Source of the DNA: Narcine bancroftii
Lineage: Eukaryota
Assembly (NCBI RefSeq): GCF_036971445.1
Contig: NC_091476.1
Span: 165,974,001 to 166,038,000 of the forward strand
Length of the DNA stretch: 64,000 nt
Reading direction: 5' to 3'
This document shows, piece after piece, positions 1-13,700 of this stretch (position 1 is the first letter of the stretch; every line of letters begins with the position of its first letter). A program made the translations under genes and the position numbers. Under the pieces are notes generated by a model. The model was not told where the DNA came from, made no database searches, and worked only from the letters and a program-made list of their open reading frames with translations.

Positions 1-608
1 TCACAGCTGAAACAAGCTGGAGAAGTTGTTTGGAACTGAAGCAGAAACTCCAGAGTGGCGGATGGCTGGAAGTGTTTCTCTTGGAATAAGTGGAACAGAA
101 AGGAACTCTGTGATGACCTGAAAGAAAGAGGTAATCATTTGGAGAACCATGATGAGGCAAGTTTCTATCAGCAAGACATCAAGGTGACTAATGGTGGTAC
201 CTCAGTTGTGGAAATCCTGGAACAACAAATCTATCTCTTCAAACCTACAAAGAACTTTCCTGAGCAGTAAATATTTACCTTTCGAGCACCAAAGCCTGGT
301 GAACTTTATACATGTTAAATTCTGTGCACAGTATAAAAATTGCCTGCAATCAGTGAACTTGGAAGAATAAGAAATGAGAATGAACTGTGAACCAAAGAAC
401 TTTTCTTAAATTTACACACACATTACATACATGTGCACTTAGAATTAGAAGGGAGTTAAGTTAGGTTAGTTAAGTTAATAGAGATGAGTTAAAGTTCAAT
501 TCTGTTTTTATGTTTAAAGATCATTAAAAACAAATTTTGTTTAAGTGACTACTTGTCTTGGTGAATGTTTATTACTGCTGGTTTTTAGGGTCCTTTGGGC
601 TCGTAACA
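1..608 (+). mobile_element. 3' part of an LTR (family A), ending ...CGTAACA
   Basis: Aligns by eye to the reverse complement of 49968-50350, and its first 60 nt resemble 63900-63945. Confidence 0.7.
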
Positions 609-1089
609 AAGATACATCCTCAAAAGTCTTTTCTCATGTACAAGGAACAAAAGGTCCTAAAATCACAAAATTAACTCATAGATGATTTCACAGAAGGAGC
701 CATGTCAGTTATTTTGCTTTGGGGCAGACAGATACATTTTGCTGCAGTCTAACTCCAAATTGTCAGAATATGAATCAAGGCTGAGAGCTAAAATGTCAGC
801 AGACAGGTGATAATATCCAATTCAGAGAACCTCTCGAGATAAGCTCCAAATTTCACTTCCTCTATCTTCTTACAATTGTTAAGGTGAGTCATTATTACAC
901 TTAAGCACAATGCTTTGATATGATTTTGTATTTTGCTCATGTAAAAAATAAAAATCAATGTCGCAATGCATTCTCAGTCACTACCCTGAATAAGCAATAT
1001 GATCACTGGAGCATATCATATGTGGCTTTTGAAATTCCCTTTCAATGAAGAGTGTCAACCTGTAAGTGTGAATAACTACAAGTTTTTTT

Positions 1090-1187
1090 TTGTTCAAAGC
1101 AATTTGGTTATTCATTCAGGGAGTCTGGGCTAGTTACCTTGTTCAAAGCAATTTGGTTATTCATTCAGGGAGTCTGGGCTAGTTACC
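1090..1187. repeat. Perfect 2 x 49-bp tandem duplication
   Basis: ttgttcaaagc...tagttacc occurs at 1090-1138 and 1139-1187. Confidence 0.95.
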
Positions 1188-1569
1188 GCAATAAGCATTC
1201 ATGGGACATCTCTAATCTCCCTTGAGAAATTTGCAAAGAACCATTTTGAAATCATCTGATAAAACTAATTGACTTTCTGATTCATTTCCAGAGGCAACTG
1301 CATTGATATAGATCTGAAGTTATACACAGGTAAAATCAGATCAAGGCATCAGATTTCCCTCCATTAAATATATCAGTGAAATAAATATGTTTTTATTGCA
1401 ATTATTCAAGATTTCACAAACACCAAGCTTTAATACTAATACTGATTCATGCTAGCTTTTGCTATTCTAGTCTTTTTTTAATTTCGTTAAGATAAGATTC
1501 CACAATGGAAGTAATAGGAATGTTTTCAGATCATTAGCCCACAGTGTTCACTGCTTAGATATTTGCTGG

Positions 1570-1960
1570 GAACAGAACTACTCTTTCACATCACCCTGGA
1601 CTCATTCTCGTCTCACTGCTACCTTCAGGGGAAGGTATCGAAGCCGAAAATATATAGCACTTCTAGTTTCAAGAAAAACATCTTTCAAAAAGCTTTGTGC
1701 TCTTGAACCTCCCTATACCAACCTGATTACAACACCACCAAAAATCCGTCTGACCCATTGAAAGAATATTTTGCTTTGCACCTCTGCAACCGTGAATACT
1801 TATCCATTTATCCTTATACTGTATATTTATTATCTTTTATTTCTCCAAGGTACATGGTGTTGATTAATTTAAACTTATTGTTTGTATCCTTTATGTTCCT
1901 ATGTAGTTGCAGCAAGCAAGAATTTCATTGGATCTGAACATCATACTCACACATATGAAA
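1570..1960 (+). mobile_element. Degenerate 3' end of a Rex1/Babar-like LINE
   Basis: cattctcgtctcactgctaccttcaggggaaggtatcg motif, similar to 60130-60240. Confidence 0.45.
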
Positions 1961-2699
1961 TTAACGGTAGCTCCTATCACCACTGCAATCCCACATTGTA
2001 AGAATCCAGAAAAGATACTTCACCACATTTTATTTTTGCTATTTTTATGTTGGTTCATTTTTCACATCTGTCAGTGCAGTGGTGCAGAGATCGCATCTAA
2101 TTTCTAGGCCTGATATTATTCCGTCAATCAGCTGAAGTTCTTTCCACAGCACATATCAAACCACATTACTGTCATCTCCTGTATACTTTGATCTTCTGTA
2201 ATGCTTTGATCCGAGGCAGCCACAAATACACCACAGTCAGCAGTGGCTCCAGAAAATGCAGACTGCAGCACAGATATAGTTGAACACAACTGAACCACAG
2301 CAATGATAATTGTTACTGGACATATATATGGACTGGGTATTCCATGAAATGGTGAACCCGGATCACTTATTTATAGAGAGACACTTTGAACATTTCATAA
2401 ATAACTGTTCAACTCTCCTCCCCTTCCCCAAAATAAGTCACTGAGCACTTCTGCATCATTTGAAGTTGCCCCAGGGAATAGTTGGGTCTTTCACAAGTCA
2501 TATTTTAATCTTAATTTATTTTTTTTATTGAGAGATAGTACAGAAACAGGCACTTCAGGTCCGTGAGCCCAAATACACTCAGATGACCAATTTACCTACT
2601 AATCCCATATGTCTGCCACATGGGAGAAAACCGGTGCACCCAGAGGAAATCCATGCAGACACTGGAGAACACACAAACTCATTGCAGATAGTGGCAAAT

Positions 2700-5110
2700 C
2701 ATGGGTCTGACACACACATCATTGAGTTCACCCATTCTATGGGCTCCTCCACTTTCTTTATGATGCCTAGTGACACCATTTGGTCAAGTTCCTGCTTGAA
2801 CTTGTCTTTTAGTGTGTTGAAACCTGCCTTGGGGCATAAACTCCTGGGTGTGCATCCTCCTTTAAATGTATCATTTAGGTGAGTGGTCGAACAATTCCCT
2901 TGAAGATGTCTAGAAATTGATCCAGTATTTCCTCTATGCCAGTGTTTACCAGATCCCAGGGGTTTCCACAGAAGAAGTGGGGTGTAATAACTAACTAGCA
3001 ATAACAACTTTTCTTTAAACTACTTTTTACCTGTGTCTTTAAATCTTTGTGTTTTTGCAATGGCAGCAAACAGATGCCTTGACCGAAACAAAACAAAATG
3101 GCGTCTTAAGGCTTGATATCAGCAGTGTATATTTCAGGCTTCAAGATGTCATTTTCAACAAATGAGACTCGCATTTCTTTTGGTGCAAGGCTGGCCACAT
3201 TTTTAAACAAAGATATTCCACGTGTGCAATACAGCAGGAATGTCTTTTGCTGACTCTCTGTAGTTTTTGAGTTCCTCCTCCCTTCCTCTCACTCACTCCC
3301 TGCCCCTCCCTCTTGCTCACTCTCTTGCACCACTCCCCACTCACTCACTCCTTAACCCTCTCACTCACTTCCTCCTTCCCCCCCTTCCCACTTGCTGAGC
3401 TTGGTGTGGGAACTGGTGATAGAGTCGGGATCAGGAACTGTGTTGATTGAGGTGTTGGTGTCTACGGTATGTTTGCAGCTGGGGTCACCGCGGAGGCGAC
3501 AGTTGCTCCAGCAACTGGTCGGCTGGGATGGGGTTTAGCGATGAAGGTGTTGGAAGCTCAAGTCTGCAGGTAGCAGGGGTCGGGATGCAAAATCACATTG
3601 GAGACATCAGGAGCGCTCCATCTGTGGGCAGACGGGGCACAGGTGGATACCTGCATCTGAGGCATTGGGAGATCTGGGCTGCAGGCAGCTGGGGATGGGT
3701 TGGAAACCCAGTTCTGGAAGGCTGGTGATGGTGGGCATTTGGGGATTGGGAGGTCGGTGATATTTGTGTTTGCAATTTGATTAATATTCAGTTGAAACAA
3801 AATAATCAAATTCTTAAGAAATAGGATTTTTGAATGCACTGCCTCAGATTGCTTACCTTTTAAGAAAAATAATTTAATTTAAATTAAATTCAACCACACT
3901 TGAACTGGAAGTTGACACTATTCAACTTCCAGCCAACTTCTGGTTTGTAACTATGGGGTTCTGCGATTTCCAAGTACTCCCCAAAAAGGTTTCATGTGCT
4001 AAAAAAGTTTCAGAAGCCCTGCTCCATGCTGTTCTGTGCATTGGTGCCATTAATGCTGTACACCCCCTTGACTAGGCCTAAGTTTTCACATGCTTTGTCA
4101 CCAAGCCGTGAGCCATGTCCATATGGGACTACTGCAAGCATGAGGTGGTTCTCTTTATCTTTAACTTTCACCTTGAGTCTACATGTGCCTTTCATGTCAA
4201 TTGTAGGCATTGAGCTGAACAGAATTTGGATGGATGTATGGCTTTACCTTCATTGCTCTGATGTCGCGGTCACAGATCAAATTGACCTTTGCCCCTTGTC
4301 CAGCTTGAAAGGAATATCTGATCAATTTGCGTGCAATGACACATTCCACTTGTCCTGCTCAACTCTGTTCACACTTGGCTATTCACTGAGGGCAGTTTCC
4401 TCTATAGTGTGAACAGTTTAACTTCTGTTTTGTTTCCCTTTGCATAGTTACACTTCTTTGCACTTGTTACAGACTTTTCCATAGGCTGGGCATTGTTTTG
4501 TTGCATGTTGAGTGCCACAGCATTTACAATTGAATGTCTCTCTGTCCTTTGTTTTTTTCTAATATCTCATTCTGTTTATGTATGCGTCCAGATACTGTGG
4601 CTACAGCTATGTGTTCTTTTTCACTGTCCCTTGGACTCGCACCAAATTTTTTCACTGCTGCAGAGATAATTCACTGGTGTGGGATATCTTCAGAGCTCCT
4701 GCTAAGGTAAGCTCCGTCTTTTGTAGCAACCTCTCTCTCACGTTCTCGTCAATAATTCTGAACACAATTTGATCGTGGATCATTGAATCTTGCAGCAATC
4801 TAAAATTACACGTTCTTGCTTTCAATTTCAAGTCCATTAAAAAATAAGCCTGCAACTGTGTGTGTGATTGAGACACATATCTTTCAAATGTTTCATTTTT
4901 CTTTGGTGAACAGTGTCCATCAAACATCTTGATAACCTTGTTGATCTTTCCCTGGTCAGCTGCCTCGGCAAAAGCAAACACCTTGAGAACATCTAGTGCT
5001 TGAGATCCTGCCATGGCATGTAGCAGTGCAATCTTCTGTGTGTCCAGTTTGGTATCAAATCCAATGGCTTGCAGATACAGCCTGAATCATTGTTTGAACA
5101 ACTGCCACTC
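2700..5110 (-). mobile_element. Degenerate Ty3/Gypsy gag-protease-start of RT, interrupted by a hAT element
   Basis: gag HCSPKKNETFERY...IHDQIVF...RERLLQKTELTL; zinc knuckle near 4450-4530; protease end LGDKACENLGLVKGV; RT-proximal LKDKFKQELDQMVSLGIIKKVEEPIEWVNSM. Confidence 0.85.
2940..4021. mobile_element. Non-autonomous hAT-like DNA transposon inserted in Gypsy pol
   Basis: Ends are CAGTGTTTACC and ...GAAGCCCTG. 8-bp TSD ctctatgc (2932-2939) / ctccatgc (4022-4029). Removing it rejoins pol as NSMEEILDQFLDIFKG. Confidence 0.7.
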
Positions 5111-5329
5111 ATGGCCAACATTACAAGTTCAATTCTTTGCCAAGGCACCCACAACGCCTCCCTCACCACAGTCCGGGGACCAAAACAGGACTTTCAAGCG
5201 AAGCAACACTTCACTTGTGCATTTATTGCATCCGGTGCTCCCTTTTTGGCCTTCTCTACATCAGAGATGGGGCTCAGATTGTGAGATCGCTTTGCTGAGC
5301 ACCGTCGCACCAGCACCAGAGGCCTCTCA

Positions 5330-5660
5330 GTGGCAAACAATTTCAGTTCTGTGTCACTCTCCCACACTCACATGTCTGTCCATGGCCTTGTGTATTATCC
5401 CACCAAGACCACCTGCAAATTGGAGGAACAACACCCGATTTTCCATCTGGCATTCTCCAGCCAGATGGCATTAACAGCGACTTTTCCGGTTTCTGCTAAT
5501 CTGCTTCCCCCTTCCCAATTCTCCTCCCTCCCATCCTTCTCTCTTCACCTAGCCATCTTTGATTGCTGCGGTCCCATCCCTGCTTTCTCTTCCTATCACC
5601 TGCCTTTGCGACTACTCCTCCCTCCAACTCTCCTCCATCATGTTTGTACTTCGACCACAA
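5330..5660 (+). mobile_element. Penelope-like element 3' fragment
   Basis: KLEEQHPIFHL...QPDGIN motif from the C-terminal GIY-YIG region. Confidence 0.6.
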
Positions 5661-6177
5661 GTGTTTTACTGCAGGACAGGTATATTCCAAAAAGAAGAAA
5701 TATTTGAATGGAAAAAATGAGGCAACTGTGGCTGACAAGAGACATCAAAGCCAAAGTGAAAAAGAAAGAAAGAAAGGGCATAGAAGGAAATAAAGATTAG
5801 TGGGTAGGTAGAGGATTGGGAAGCTTTTAAAAGATCATAAGGAAGGAGAAGATGACCTTTGAAAGGAAGCTAGCAAATAATATCAAAAGGGATATTAAAA
5901 GCATTTTTACAAGTAAAAAAGAGGCAAGGCCGACAGAAAATGATTGTAATGGGAGGCAAAGAGGAACTAGAAAGAGGTGCAGGTCCTGCAAGACTCATAT
6001 CACCAGGTTCAGGCACAGCATCAGACTCCTCAACGACAAACTCAAACAGAGGCTTGTTTGAGGATTCTTACTTTTGCATTTTATTTTCTTTTTGTTCTCC
6101 CTGTATTGCGCATTTGTTTACATTTATTATCTGTTTGCAGTTCTTTTATTTGTTTACGCTGTGTACAGTTGATTTTT

Positions 6178-6648
6178 GAGTGTCAGGTCACTCGTCTTGA
6201 GTGTTACTGGTACCATGTAACCCAGTACTACCCGCTGCGTGGCTAGGTGGTCAGCGACTAAACGAGCTCTCCCACCAGGCTGGTGCAGAGGGTGGCTAGA
6301 CCCTGTGCAGGATGAAAAACGAGACCTGTCAAAGGACAGATGAACCCTTTCATAGGGTCAACACCTATCTAGCAAACATTTGCCGAGAAGAACGTGAAGA
6401 GCATTCCTTGCATCGAAGCTTTGTCTGGCCATTCACTGCAACAGAACTTTCCCCAGCTGTCTTGGACCTCATCATGCCACTGGATCCAGGAGGTGATGTC
6501 AAGAGGGTAGGTCTGGATCCATGCAACCCCTACTCACCTAAATCCATTCACATACATGCTGTTCCTTTCTGAGGAGTGGGGTATCCCAATAACATGACTG
6601 AAAGGAACCATCATCATCCAATGGGATGGATGGCCAGAAGAAAAAAGA
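6178..6648 (+). mobile_element. RTE-type non-autonomous element (SINE-like) flanked by a ~40-bp direct repeat, inserted in a LINE 3' UTR (5980-6723)
   Basis: Ends catcatcatccaatgggatggatggccagaagaa. Flanking repeats at 6138-6177 and 6649-6688. Confidence 0.6.
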
Positions 6649-6723
6649 CAGTTCTTTTATTTGTTTACATTGTGTACAGTTTATTTTTGCTCTACTAATT
6701 AGTGGTAATTCTGCTTTGCCCAC

Positions 6724-8378
6724 TTGAACGAGGTCAAATGTGTGTTCAACGCGACAGAGCTACCCATTCTGGGCTGCATGGTCCACAAGGGCAAAATCCA
6801 CCCCAACCGGAAAGAATGGCCCCCCTTAAGAAGTTACCACCCTCAGTCTCAGCAAATGCCCTTAAAAGATGTATGGGATTCTTTTCCTACTACTGCAAAT
6901 GGGTTCGGGAGTACGCCACGAAAGCACGCCTTCTTGAAGGCTTTCGAGAGAATTAAAGCTGATATTGCCAAAGCTGAACTCTTATCCATTGACGAGGATA
7001 TGCCATTCCAAATGGAAACTGATGCCTCAAGATAGTGCCTTGGCAGGAACCCTTAATCAAAATGGCAGACCTCTGGTACTCAAAGCTCTGGAGGTCAGTC
7101 TCATCAAGGCAACCCGACCCTTTGAGAGGATTAGCTTTGATTTTAAAGGACCATTATCTACCAACAACAAAAATGTATATTTCCTGACTGTAATTGACGA
7201 ATATTCCAGATTTCCTTTTGCAATAGCCTGCCCTGACTTCTCGTCGGTGTCTGACATTAAGTAACTTGACAGAATTTTCAGCATTTTTGGTTTTCCCAAT
7301 TACATTCATACCAATAGGGGCTCAGCATTCATGAGCGCTGAACTGCGGCGAGCCCTGCTACGGAAGGGGATTGCTACCAGTCATACAACCTGCAGGGCAA
7401 AGGGCAGGTGAAAAGGGCTAATGCTACAGTCTGGAAGACTGTTAAACTTGCTTTAAAAACACATGGTTACCCTGTTACCCAGTGGCTGGAGGTGCTGCCT
7501 GAGGCGCTACATTCTATTCGGTCATTATTGTGTACTGCAACAAATCAAACACCTCATGAACGTATGTTTGCCTTTGCTAGGAAATCAGGAACTGTAATGG
7601 ACTGGCCAGCCTGTTTATCTGAGCCTGGAACCGTGCTGCTGAAGAGCCATTCTCGGACGTGTAAAACAGTCCCCCTAGTCCAACCAGTTCAGCTACTGCA
7701 TACCAACCCCAACAACGGTCATGTTAAATTCCCAGACGGGAGTGGGATATCTTCAAAAGAGATCTGGCCTCGCCTGGTTTGCCCTTTCCTCACACTCCTA
7801 CTCAGAGTGAGCCTGTGACCCCTACTAAGCTTTCAGATAGCCATGCTGAGGCTCCACTGCCTCATGCTGGCGATTCTGGAGCAGGTCCAGAAGTCAGTCC
7901 TTCCCACACAACAGACTCAGGAACTGTACCAGTTCCCAAGGTTGCAAAGAAGCAACCTTTTTTTTGAGAAAAATCACCAGAATTCGTAAACAAACTGATA
8001 GGCTGACATATTCATAAAACATCTCATTATATTTTGATTGCTTGCTAGATACTGGCGTATTTTGGCTGTTAGAGTATTCTCAATGCCAAACATGGTATCC
8101 ATGCATCGCTTGCTTCAGTTTTTCCCAGCAGCTGTCCTTTTGGTTTTAACCCTTCTTCTGCTGGGGGGAGACTGTGGTGAATGTCTGCCAAGCTGCCTGT
8201 CTCCCCTCTGGCGAGCCTTGCTGTACTAACATTGGCTGTGCATTATCACTGCTGTTAAGGACACTCCCTTTGTGTATAACTGTGTAAGCACCTATTGTCT
8301 TGCATTATTGTACCATGAGTTTCTGCTAATAAAAGCCCTGATTATTGTTTGACCACATCATCTTTGTCTACTTCATCA
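6724..8378 (+). mobile_element. Degenerate Ty3/Gypsy pol (RT end, RNase H, integrase), PPT and 3' LTR
   Basis: KCVFNATELPILG; FQMETDAS; RPFERISFDFKGPL...FLTVIDEYSRFPFA. PPT ggggggaga at 8163-8171; LTR tgtggtga...catca at 8173-8378 with AATAAA. Confidence 0.88.
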
Positions 8379-8489
8379 ACTGGCACTTCAAAAGGGATCT
8401 CAGGGTTGTGTCATGTCATGCATTTTCTCTGACAATAAATCTGAAATCTGAGTCTGAACTGAAAGGGTTTTTCATCTGTATTCACTGTC

Positions 8490-9160
8490 TTCAAGGGTGT
8501 CAAGGAAGAGAGGGGAGTGCCATCTCAATCACCAGAGAGAAGGTACATGGAAAGATGAAAGGTTTAAGGGTCTCCCAGACCACATGGAACGCACCTTCAG
8601 GTTCTCAAAGAAATAGCTATAGAGATTATGGAGGCATTACTAATGATCTTCAAAGATTTAATAGATTCTGGAATGCTTCCTTAGGACTAGAAAATTGTAA
8701 AGCTCACTCCACTACATAAAAAAAAGGAGGGAGGCAGCAAAAATTATAGAGAAATTAGCCTAAAAATCCATGGTTAGGAAGCTGTTGGAGTTGATTACCA
8801 AGGACGATGTTACAGAGTAGCTAGAGGGTGCATGACTAGACAAGATAAGCCCAAAGTCAATGTGATTTTTCTTCAGGGAATATCTTGCCTGACAAACCTA
8901 TTCAAATTTTTTGAGGAAACCTCAAGTTGGCTCAACAAAGGACATGAATGGATGTTGTATATTTGGACTTTCAAAAGGCCTTTGACAAGAGGCTGCTTAA
9001 CTAGATAAGAGCCGAAGATACTGGCATGGGTAGAGCACCGGTTGATTGGCAGGAAACAGAAGGTTGGAATATTCTGGTTGGCTACAAGTTACTAGTGGTG
9101 TTCCTCAGGGGTCGGTTTGGGGCCACTTTTTTATGTTGTACGTTCATGATTTGGATTTTC
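8490..9160 (+). mobile_element. Degenerate CR1 LINE RT fragment
   Basis: gatgttgtatatttggactttcaaaaggcctttgacaag = DVVYLDFQKAFDK; gtggtgttcctcaggggtcgg = SGVPQGS. Confidence 0.8.
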
Positions 9161-10739
9161 TAATGGAATCTATGAGTCTTTTTTTGAACTGGATAATTCA
9201 AAGTTATTTCACAATGATCATCTAAAAGATTGAAGATAGCTGATTAGGTTTCAGATGTTAAAGAACATAAAACTTTAAATATGCATAAAACCTTAACTAT
9301 GTGTTTGAAAGGATAATAAAGGTTGGAAGATTCATTCTAGTGGACTTTTTAAACTCAGAAAAAAGCATAATCTTTGTCCTCATGTATTTCAAGACATTCA
9401 GCAAGAGGGGGCAATGTTGTGCAATACAGTAGGTAATTCTGTCTTCGAGCTGGATCTTTGCAGTCCCTTCAATGTCTACTTGAGCTCATCTGCCTAGAAT
9501 TTATATTTAGTCAATATTACTAAACACAGTTGTCTAGATATTGGATTGTGGCCACTTAGTGTGCGAAAAGGTGCTGCGTTGAGCCCTAGCATTTAACTTG
9601 CTAAATAATCTCAATGGATGAAATTTACTTTAAAAAAAAAATCATTCAGATAGTTTGCACCCATTTTCCTTCATTGAAAATTTGCCTGCATATTTCCCAG
9701 TGGGTGCAGTGACTAGAGTTTCAGTCACTGCTTTAGATCTACACTGACGACTGGGAAGGAACTAATGCTTCAGGTCCTCTTTCTTTCCTTGACAGCTATC
9801 AAGATGACAAGGAAAACTGAAGAGGAGGGTTGTTGAAAGGGGAATAAAGAAATAGGAGATGGAGGGCGTAGAGGTACAATATACTCCCGGCTGGTTTGTG
9901 ATAATGTGTATAGATCTGTCCTCATTCCTTGACAGGTCCCATACTAATGTGAGACAGGCTCATAATTTGGGCAGACATCACAGCATTGAAGTGTAAAGAT
10001 TCCACAGTGGAAAACTTCTGTCAGTACTTTAACACATTCAAAGCATTTGGGATGATAAAGAGTGCCTCCAGCTTGTACATCGGGAGTAGATAAAAGCCCC
10101 GCATAAACATTGGAAGGATTGCTCCACTCTGCAAATGACCAATCCATCAACCACATTAGCCACTTTCCACTCCATATGTGGAAGCGTCTGTAGTTTGCAT
10201 ACTGGCACCTCAGAAGATGCTAAGCAGCTGCCTGAGGAAAATAAAATGTGTCCAAATTTGAGCCAAGTATACAGTAGCATCACTATAGTACATCTGGCTG
10301 GTCAAAGCTCTGCTACCCAGAGGCAAAAATCTCAGCAGTCATCTTCTTTTGTTCATTCCATTAACTGAGAAATTATCTACAATAGGTAGAAGAGAAACAC
10401 AAAGGTCTGCCGACGTTGTGATTATAGTAAAAACCCAAAAAATGGTGGAGGAAAATGATTGGGCAATTGAGTTCAACAGTTGAAGACATAGGAGAAGTTG
10501 AAGGCCAATCGAGGGTAGGTGACCCAAACATTATTATTATAAAAGTGAGGAACTGTGTAGCAGAGTAGTTATCATTGGAGTGGGTTGAATCAGAGTGGAA
10601 AGGCTTTGGTTCAAGAGGCCAAGGTGGTGGTGCAGGAGTGGAAGTAAGAAAGAACCATCCTATTCGAGGAACAAAAAGGATTCAGCAGGTTGGCACAGGT
10701 AAGGGCAGGTTTTAGATATCAATTTTTTTCTTCTAGTCA

Positions 10740-13700
10740 TAAATAGTGAGAATGGCAGCCAAGACAGGAAAATGCTCCCCTTTAGAATGTGGGTTGTCAG
10801 ACTTTATCTATGAGGTGCATCCAGCTGCAGCTCCTGACAAGCCGGGTTAAGGAACTGGAGCTGGAGTTGGATGAACTCTGGATCATTCGGGAGGCAGAGG
10901 GCAGGTGACCCAAACATTATTATAAAAGTGAGGGACTGTATATCAGAGACAGGAGTTACAGGGACACTATCACACATTGGAGGCAGGAGAAGGGTAGATG
11001 GGTGACAGTCAGGAGAAGGAAAGGGAACAGGCAGACTGTGCAGGGCACCCTTGTGGCTGTTCCCCTCAATAACAAGTGTACCATTTTAGATACTGTTTGG
11101 GGTGATGACCTACCAAGCACAAGCCATGGTGATCAGGTCTCTGGAACGGAGTCTGGTCCTGTGGCTAAGAATGGAAGGGAGAAGAGGTGAGCTGTAGTGA
11201 TAAGGGATTCCATAGTTAGGGGGACAGATAAGAGATTCTGTGGAAGAGATCGAGTATTTCAGATGGTATGTTGCCTCCCTTCTGCCAGGATATGAGATAT
11301 CTCAGATCAATTTAATGATCAACTCAGGATGAGATTGAAGTATGTCAAATGTGTTCAGGAATTTTTTTTTTCCTAAATCAATATTCAGAGGTACCAACTA
11401 GAGAGAGCATAATACTGGATCTCCTATAAGGGAACAAGACAGGACAGACGACAAAGGTTTGTGTAGGGGAACATTCTGGGTTCAGTGATCATATTGCCAT
11501 TAGATTACAGTTAATTCTGCAGAATGATATGTCTGGACCTTGAGTTGAGATTCTAAGTTGGAGAAAGGCCAATTTCGAGGAAATGAGAAAGGATCTAGAA
11601 TGTGTGGATTGGGGTAAGTTGTTTTCAGGCAAGGATGTGTGAGGTAAGTGGAGGAACTTGAAAGGAGAAACTTTGAGAGTAGAGTTTGTATGTTTCTGTC
11701 AGGATTAAAGGCAAGGTTAGCAGGCAGAGGGAACCTTGGTTTTTGAGGAATATTGGAGATCTGGCTCAGAGGAAGATAGAGGTGTCATGCAGGTATAGAT
11801 AACATGGAAAAAATGAGGTACTTGAGGAGTTTAAAAAAAATCTCAATTAAAAAAATTAGGAGGGCTTGAAGGTGACACGAGGTTGCTCAGGCAAACAATG
11901 TGAAGGAAAATGCTATATATACACACACATATACATAAAAGAGAGAGAGAAAGAGCTAAAGGATATGACAAAATTGGTTCCCTTGAAGATCCAAGTGATC
12001 AGATGCATATGTAGCCAAAAGAGGAGTGGAGACCTTAAATGAATTTTTTTTTCAATCAGTATTTCACTCAGGAAATGGGCACAGTTGTGGGAAGCAAGGA
12101 AAGCAACTAGTGAAAACATGGAACCTACACAAATTAAAGAGGAGGAAATGCTTGCTGTCTTAAAGCAAATAAAGGTGGATAAATCCCCAGGGCCTGACGA
12201 GATATTCCCTTGCACCTTGAGGGATGTTAGTGTCGAAACTGTAGGAGGTCTGTTAGAAATATTTAAAATGTCCTTAGCCATGGATGTGATTCCAGAGGAT
12301 TGGAGGGTAGCTTGTGTTTTTCCATTGTTTAAAAAAAAACTCCAAAAGTACTCTGGAAATTATAGGCTGGTGAGCCAGACATCAGTAGTATGTACATTAT
12401 TGGAAGGTGTTCTAAGAGATCGGCTATACAATTATTTGGATAGCCAGAAACTGATTAAGTATAGTCAACGTGGCTCTGTGCGTGATAAGTCATGAGTTTT
12501 TTTAAGAGGTTACCAGGAAAGACAATAGACAACAGACTCGCCAAGGCAAATAGCGCCTTTGGAAGACTACACAAAAGAGTCTGGAAAAACAACCAACTGA
12601 AAAACCTCACAAAGATAAGCGTATACAGAGCCGTTGTCATACCCACACTCCTGTTCGGCTCCGAATCATGGGTCCTCTACCGGCACCACCTACGGCTCCT
12701 AGAACGCTTCCACCAGCGTTGTCTCCGCTCCATCCTCAACATCCATTGGAGCGCTCACACCCCTAACGTCGAGGTACTCGAGATGGCAGAGGTCGACAGC
12801 ATCGAGTCCACGCTGCTGAAGATCCAGCTGCGCTGGATGGGTCACGTCTCCAGAATGGAGGACCATCGCCTTCCCAAGATCGTATTATATGGCGAGCTCT
12901 CCACTGGCCACCGTGACAGAGGTGCACCAAAGAAAAGGTACAAGGACTGCCTAAAGAAATCTCTTGGTGCCTGCCACATTGACCACCGCCAGTGGGCTGA
13001 TAACGCCTCAAACCGTGCATCTTGGCACCTCACAGTTTGGCGGGCAGCAGCCTCCTTTGAAGAAGACCGCAGAGCCCACCTCACTGACAAAAGGCAAAGG
13101 AGGAAAAACCCAACACCCAACCCCAACCAACCAATTTTCCCTTGCAACCGCTGCAATCGTGTCTGCCTGTCCCGCATCGGACTGGTCAGCCACAAACGAG
13201 CCTGCAGCTGACGTGGACTTTTTACCCCCTCCATAAATCTTCGTCCGCGAAGCCAAGCCAAAGTAAAGTAAACCAGGAAAGTTGACGAAGGGAAGGCTGT
13301 GGATGTTGTCTACATGGACTTTAGTAAGGCCTTTGACAAGATCCCACATGGGAAGTTAGTCATGAAGGTTCAGATGCAAGGAATTCATAGTGAAGTAGTG
13401 AACTGGATTCAATTACTGAATGGGAAAAACCAGAGAGAAGTGGTGAATGGTTGCTTCTCAGACTGGAGGCCTGAGACTAGTGGTGTGCCTCAGGGATTGG
13501 TACTGGGACTATTGTTGTTTACCATCTATATCAATGATCTGGATGATAAAGTGATAAATTGGATCAGCAAATTTGCAGATAATGCCAAGATTGGAGGCAT
13601 TGTGAAAGTTTTCAAAACATGCAGAGGGATCTGGACCAGCTGGAAAAGTTGGCTGATAAATGGCAGATGGAATTTAATGCAGACATGTGGGAGGTGTTGA

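Noticed and set aside
12492-13211. 239-aa ORF as a host gene
   Set aside because: It is the C-terminus of a truncated RTE ORF with a chance ATG supplied by flanking CR1 sequence.
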